Positions 62,452-64,000 of a stretch of 64,000 bases of DNA are shown one piece after another. Source of the stretch: Candidatus Eiseniibacteriota bacterium (GTDB taxonomy: Bacteria; Eisenbacteria; RBG-16-71-46); contig CAVZLN010000009.1 in the NCBI GenBank assembly GCA_963776245.1, positions 128,001-192,000 on the forward strand, given 5' to 3'. The notes beneath the pieces were generated by a model. The model was given only the letters and a program-made list of their open reading frames with translations. It did no database searches and was not told the DNA's origin. Both the position numbers and the translations under genes were made by a program. How positions within the stretch are numbered: the stretch's first letter is position 1; the number at the start of each line of letters is the position of its first letter.

Positions 62452-62481
62452 AGTGTAGCAGGCCTCTATTCTGTAACTCAA
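62452..62481 (-). promoter_or_regulatory. Putative sigma-70 promoter of the DUF4114-like gene
   Basis: TTGAGT-N18-TACACT with extended -10 TG in a locally AT-rich patch. Confidence 0.5.
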
Positions 62482-62693
62482 TGCGTATTTCTACTCACCT
62501 CGTGCGCCGTCCGCTGCCGTCGAGCCGCGCTCAGAGGCGGCCCCGACCGGGTTTGCGCCGGCGGGGCCACAACACCCCGCACCGGGTCATTACCCCACTG
62601 CCGCGGAATCGTTCCAGCGGACCGGAGCGGATCGCGACAGATCGTTGACGACGCTCTCAGATGAAGGGGCTCCGTTCGGGATTCAGGTCGATT

Positions 62694-64000
62694 TCAGAGG
62701 TGGATGGCGCGCCCGGCCACCGCCAGGGCGGCTTCCTTCACCGCCTCCGGCAGGGTGGGATGCGCGTGCACCGAGCGCGCGACGTCCTCGGCGCTGGCGC
62801 CCATCTCCATCGCGAAGGCGAGCTCCGCGATCAGGGTGCTCGCCTGCGGGCCCACGATGTGGGCGCCCACGATGCGGTCGGTCCCGGCGTCGGCGAGGAT
62901 CTTCACCTGCCCATCGCGCTCGTTCATCGCCCGCGCGCGGCCGTTGGCGAGGAAGGGGAACACCCCCACGTTCACCGCCCTTCCCTGCTCCTCCGCCTGC
63001 TCCTGGGTCAGCCCCACCCCCGCCAGCTCGGGCCACGTGTACACCACGTTCGGGATGCATTCGTACGCCACGTGCCCGGCGAGCCCGGCCATGCGCTCGA
63101 CCGCCGCGATGCCCTCCTCCTCGGCCTTGTGGGCGAGCATCGGGCCGGCGACCACGTCACCGATGGCGTACACGCCGGGCACGCTGGTCGCGTAGCGCGC
63201 GTCCACCACGATGCGCCCTCCGATGTCGAGCGCGATCCCCATCTCGCGCACGCCCAGCCCCTCGGTGTACGGGCGGCGGCCGACCGCGACCAGCAGCGCG
63301 TCGCAGCGCTCCTCGTGCGTCTCGCCGCTGGACTCGACCGTGACGGCCACGGTCTCGCCCTCCACCCGTGCCGCCTTCGCCGCGGCCCCGAAGGTGAAGG
63401 TGAGCCCCTGCTTCTCGAGCGCCCTGCGCAGCAGGTCAGCGCTCTGCCGGTCGGCGCCCGGCACGATGCGGTCGAGGAACTCGATCACGTGCACCTCGGC
63501 GCCGAGGCGGCGCCAGACCGAGCCCAGCTCGAGCCCGATGGCGCCGGCACCGATCACCAGCAGGCGTCCGGGCACCTCCTGGAACGCCAACGCGCCGGTC
63601 GAGTGGACGATGCGCCGGCCGTCGAAGGCGATGCCCGGTAGCGCCGCCGGCTGGCTGCCGGTGGCGATGAGCACACGCCCCGCCGTGAGCGCGCGCACGC
63701 CGTCCGGGCCCGTGACCTCGACCGTGGTCGGGCTCGCCAGGCGCGCCACCCCCTGCACGCGCGTCACGCCGTTCTTCTTGAACAGGCCGTCGATGCCCTG
63801 CACCAGCCCGCGCACCACCGACTCCTTGCGCTTGAGCAGGGTCGCGAGGTCGAGCGTCACGCTCGCCCGGACCCCGTGCGCGGCGAGGCGGTCGCGCGCG
63901 TGGGCGTAGTGCTCGCTCGAGTCGAGCAGCGCCTTGCTCGGGATGCAGCCCACGTTCAGGCAGGTGCCCCCGAGCGTCGCGTACCGCTCGACGCACGCCA
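62694..64000 (-). CDS. lpdA: Dihydrolipoyl dehydrogenase (5' end outside the window)
   Basis: GGTCLNVGCIPSKAL disulfide; IGAGAIGLE; MLAHKAEEEG; HAHPTLPE. Confidence 0.95.
   Translation of the reverse strand, partial: ACVERYATLGGTCLNVGCIPSKALLDSSEHYAHARDRLAAHGVRASVTLDLATLLKRKESVVRGLVQGIDGLFKKNGVTRVQGVARLASPTTVEVTGPDGVRALTAGRVLIATGSQPAALPGIAFDGRRIVHSTGALAFQEVPGRLLVIGAGAIGLELGSVWRRLGAEVHVIEFLDRIVPGADRQSADLLRRALEKQGLTFTFGAAAKAARVEGETVAVTVESSGETHEERCDALLVAVGRRPYTEGLGVREMGIALDIGGRIVVDARYATSVPGVYAIGDVVAGPMLAHKAEEEGIAAVERMAGLAGHVAYECIPNVVYTWPELAGVGLTQEQAEEQGRAVNVGVFPFLANGRARAMNERDGQVKILADAGTDRIVGAHIVGPQASTLIAELAFAMEMGASAEDVARSVHAHPTLPEAVKEAALAVAGRAIHL

Overview
A very GC-rich bacterial window. The gene content (FlgD/T9SS-type C-terminal domains, a gingipain-like C25 peptidase, a GWxTD protein, a '...TFGxLKxxYR' C-terminal tail) resembles FCB-group candidate phyla such as Ca. 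Eisenbacteria; this taxonomy is inference only. Positions 303-27058 (minus strand) are one tightly coupled ~27 kb exopolysaccharide/exosortase operon: a frameshifted CapD-like dehydratase fused to a degenerate phosphoglycosyl transferase (PGT), wza, wzc, wzx, two GT2, a Wzy/O-antigen-ligase protein, a deacetylase, three GT4, a CapA-family protein, a 24-codon bridge ORF, a methyltransferase, a GT4-PGT fusion, exosortase, EpsI, an unknown membrane protein, a TPR lipoprotein, PrsK and PrsR. Tandem sigma70-like and sigma54-like promoters precede it. The rest holds a 12-repeat kelch protein, tRNA-Glu, tRNA-Gln, gltX, a GT4, a PAS hybrid kinase, a large C25 peptidase, an ABC solute-binding protein, a UvrD-nuclease fusion with suhB, a GWxTD protein, a rhodanese-methyltransferase fusion, gdhA followed by a receiver/PEP-synthase-like protein, an RND pump, DedA, an MBL hydrolase, a secreted DUF4114-like protein and a partial lpdA. 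The main candidate novelty is a protein-sorting system: an intact exosortase/PrsKR locus with no PEP-CTERM substrate seen in the window, alongside a PEP-CTERM-style cargo that ends in a short non-transmembrane TFGQLKARYRK tail and two T9SS-like cargoes. No CRISPR array or mobile element was found. All calls come from motif reading; no database search was run.
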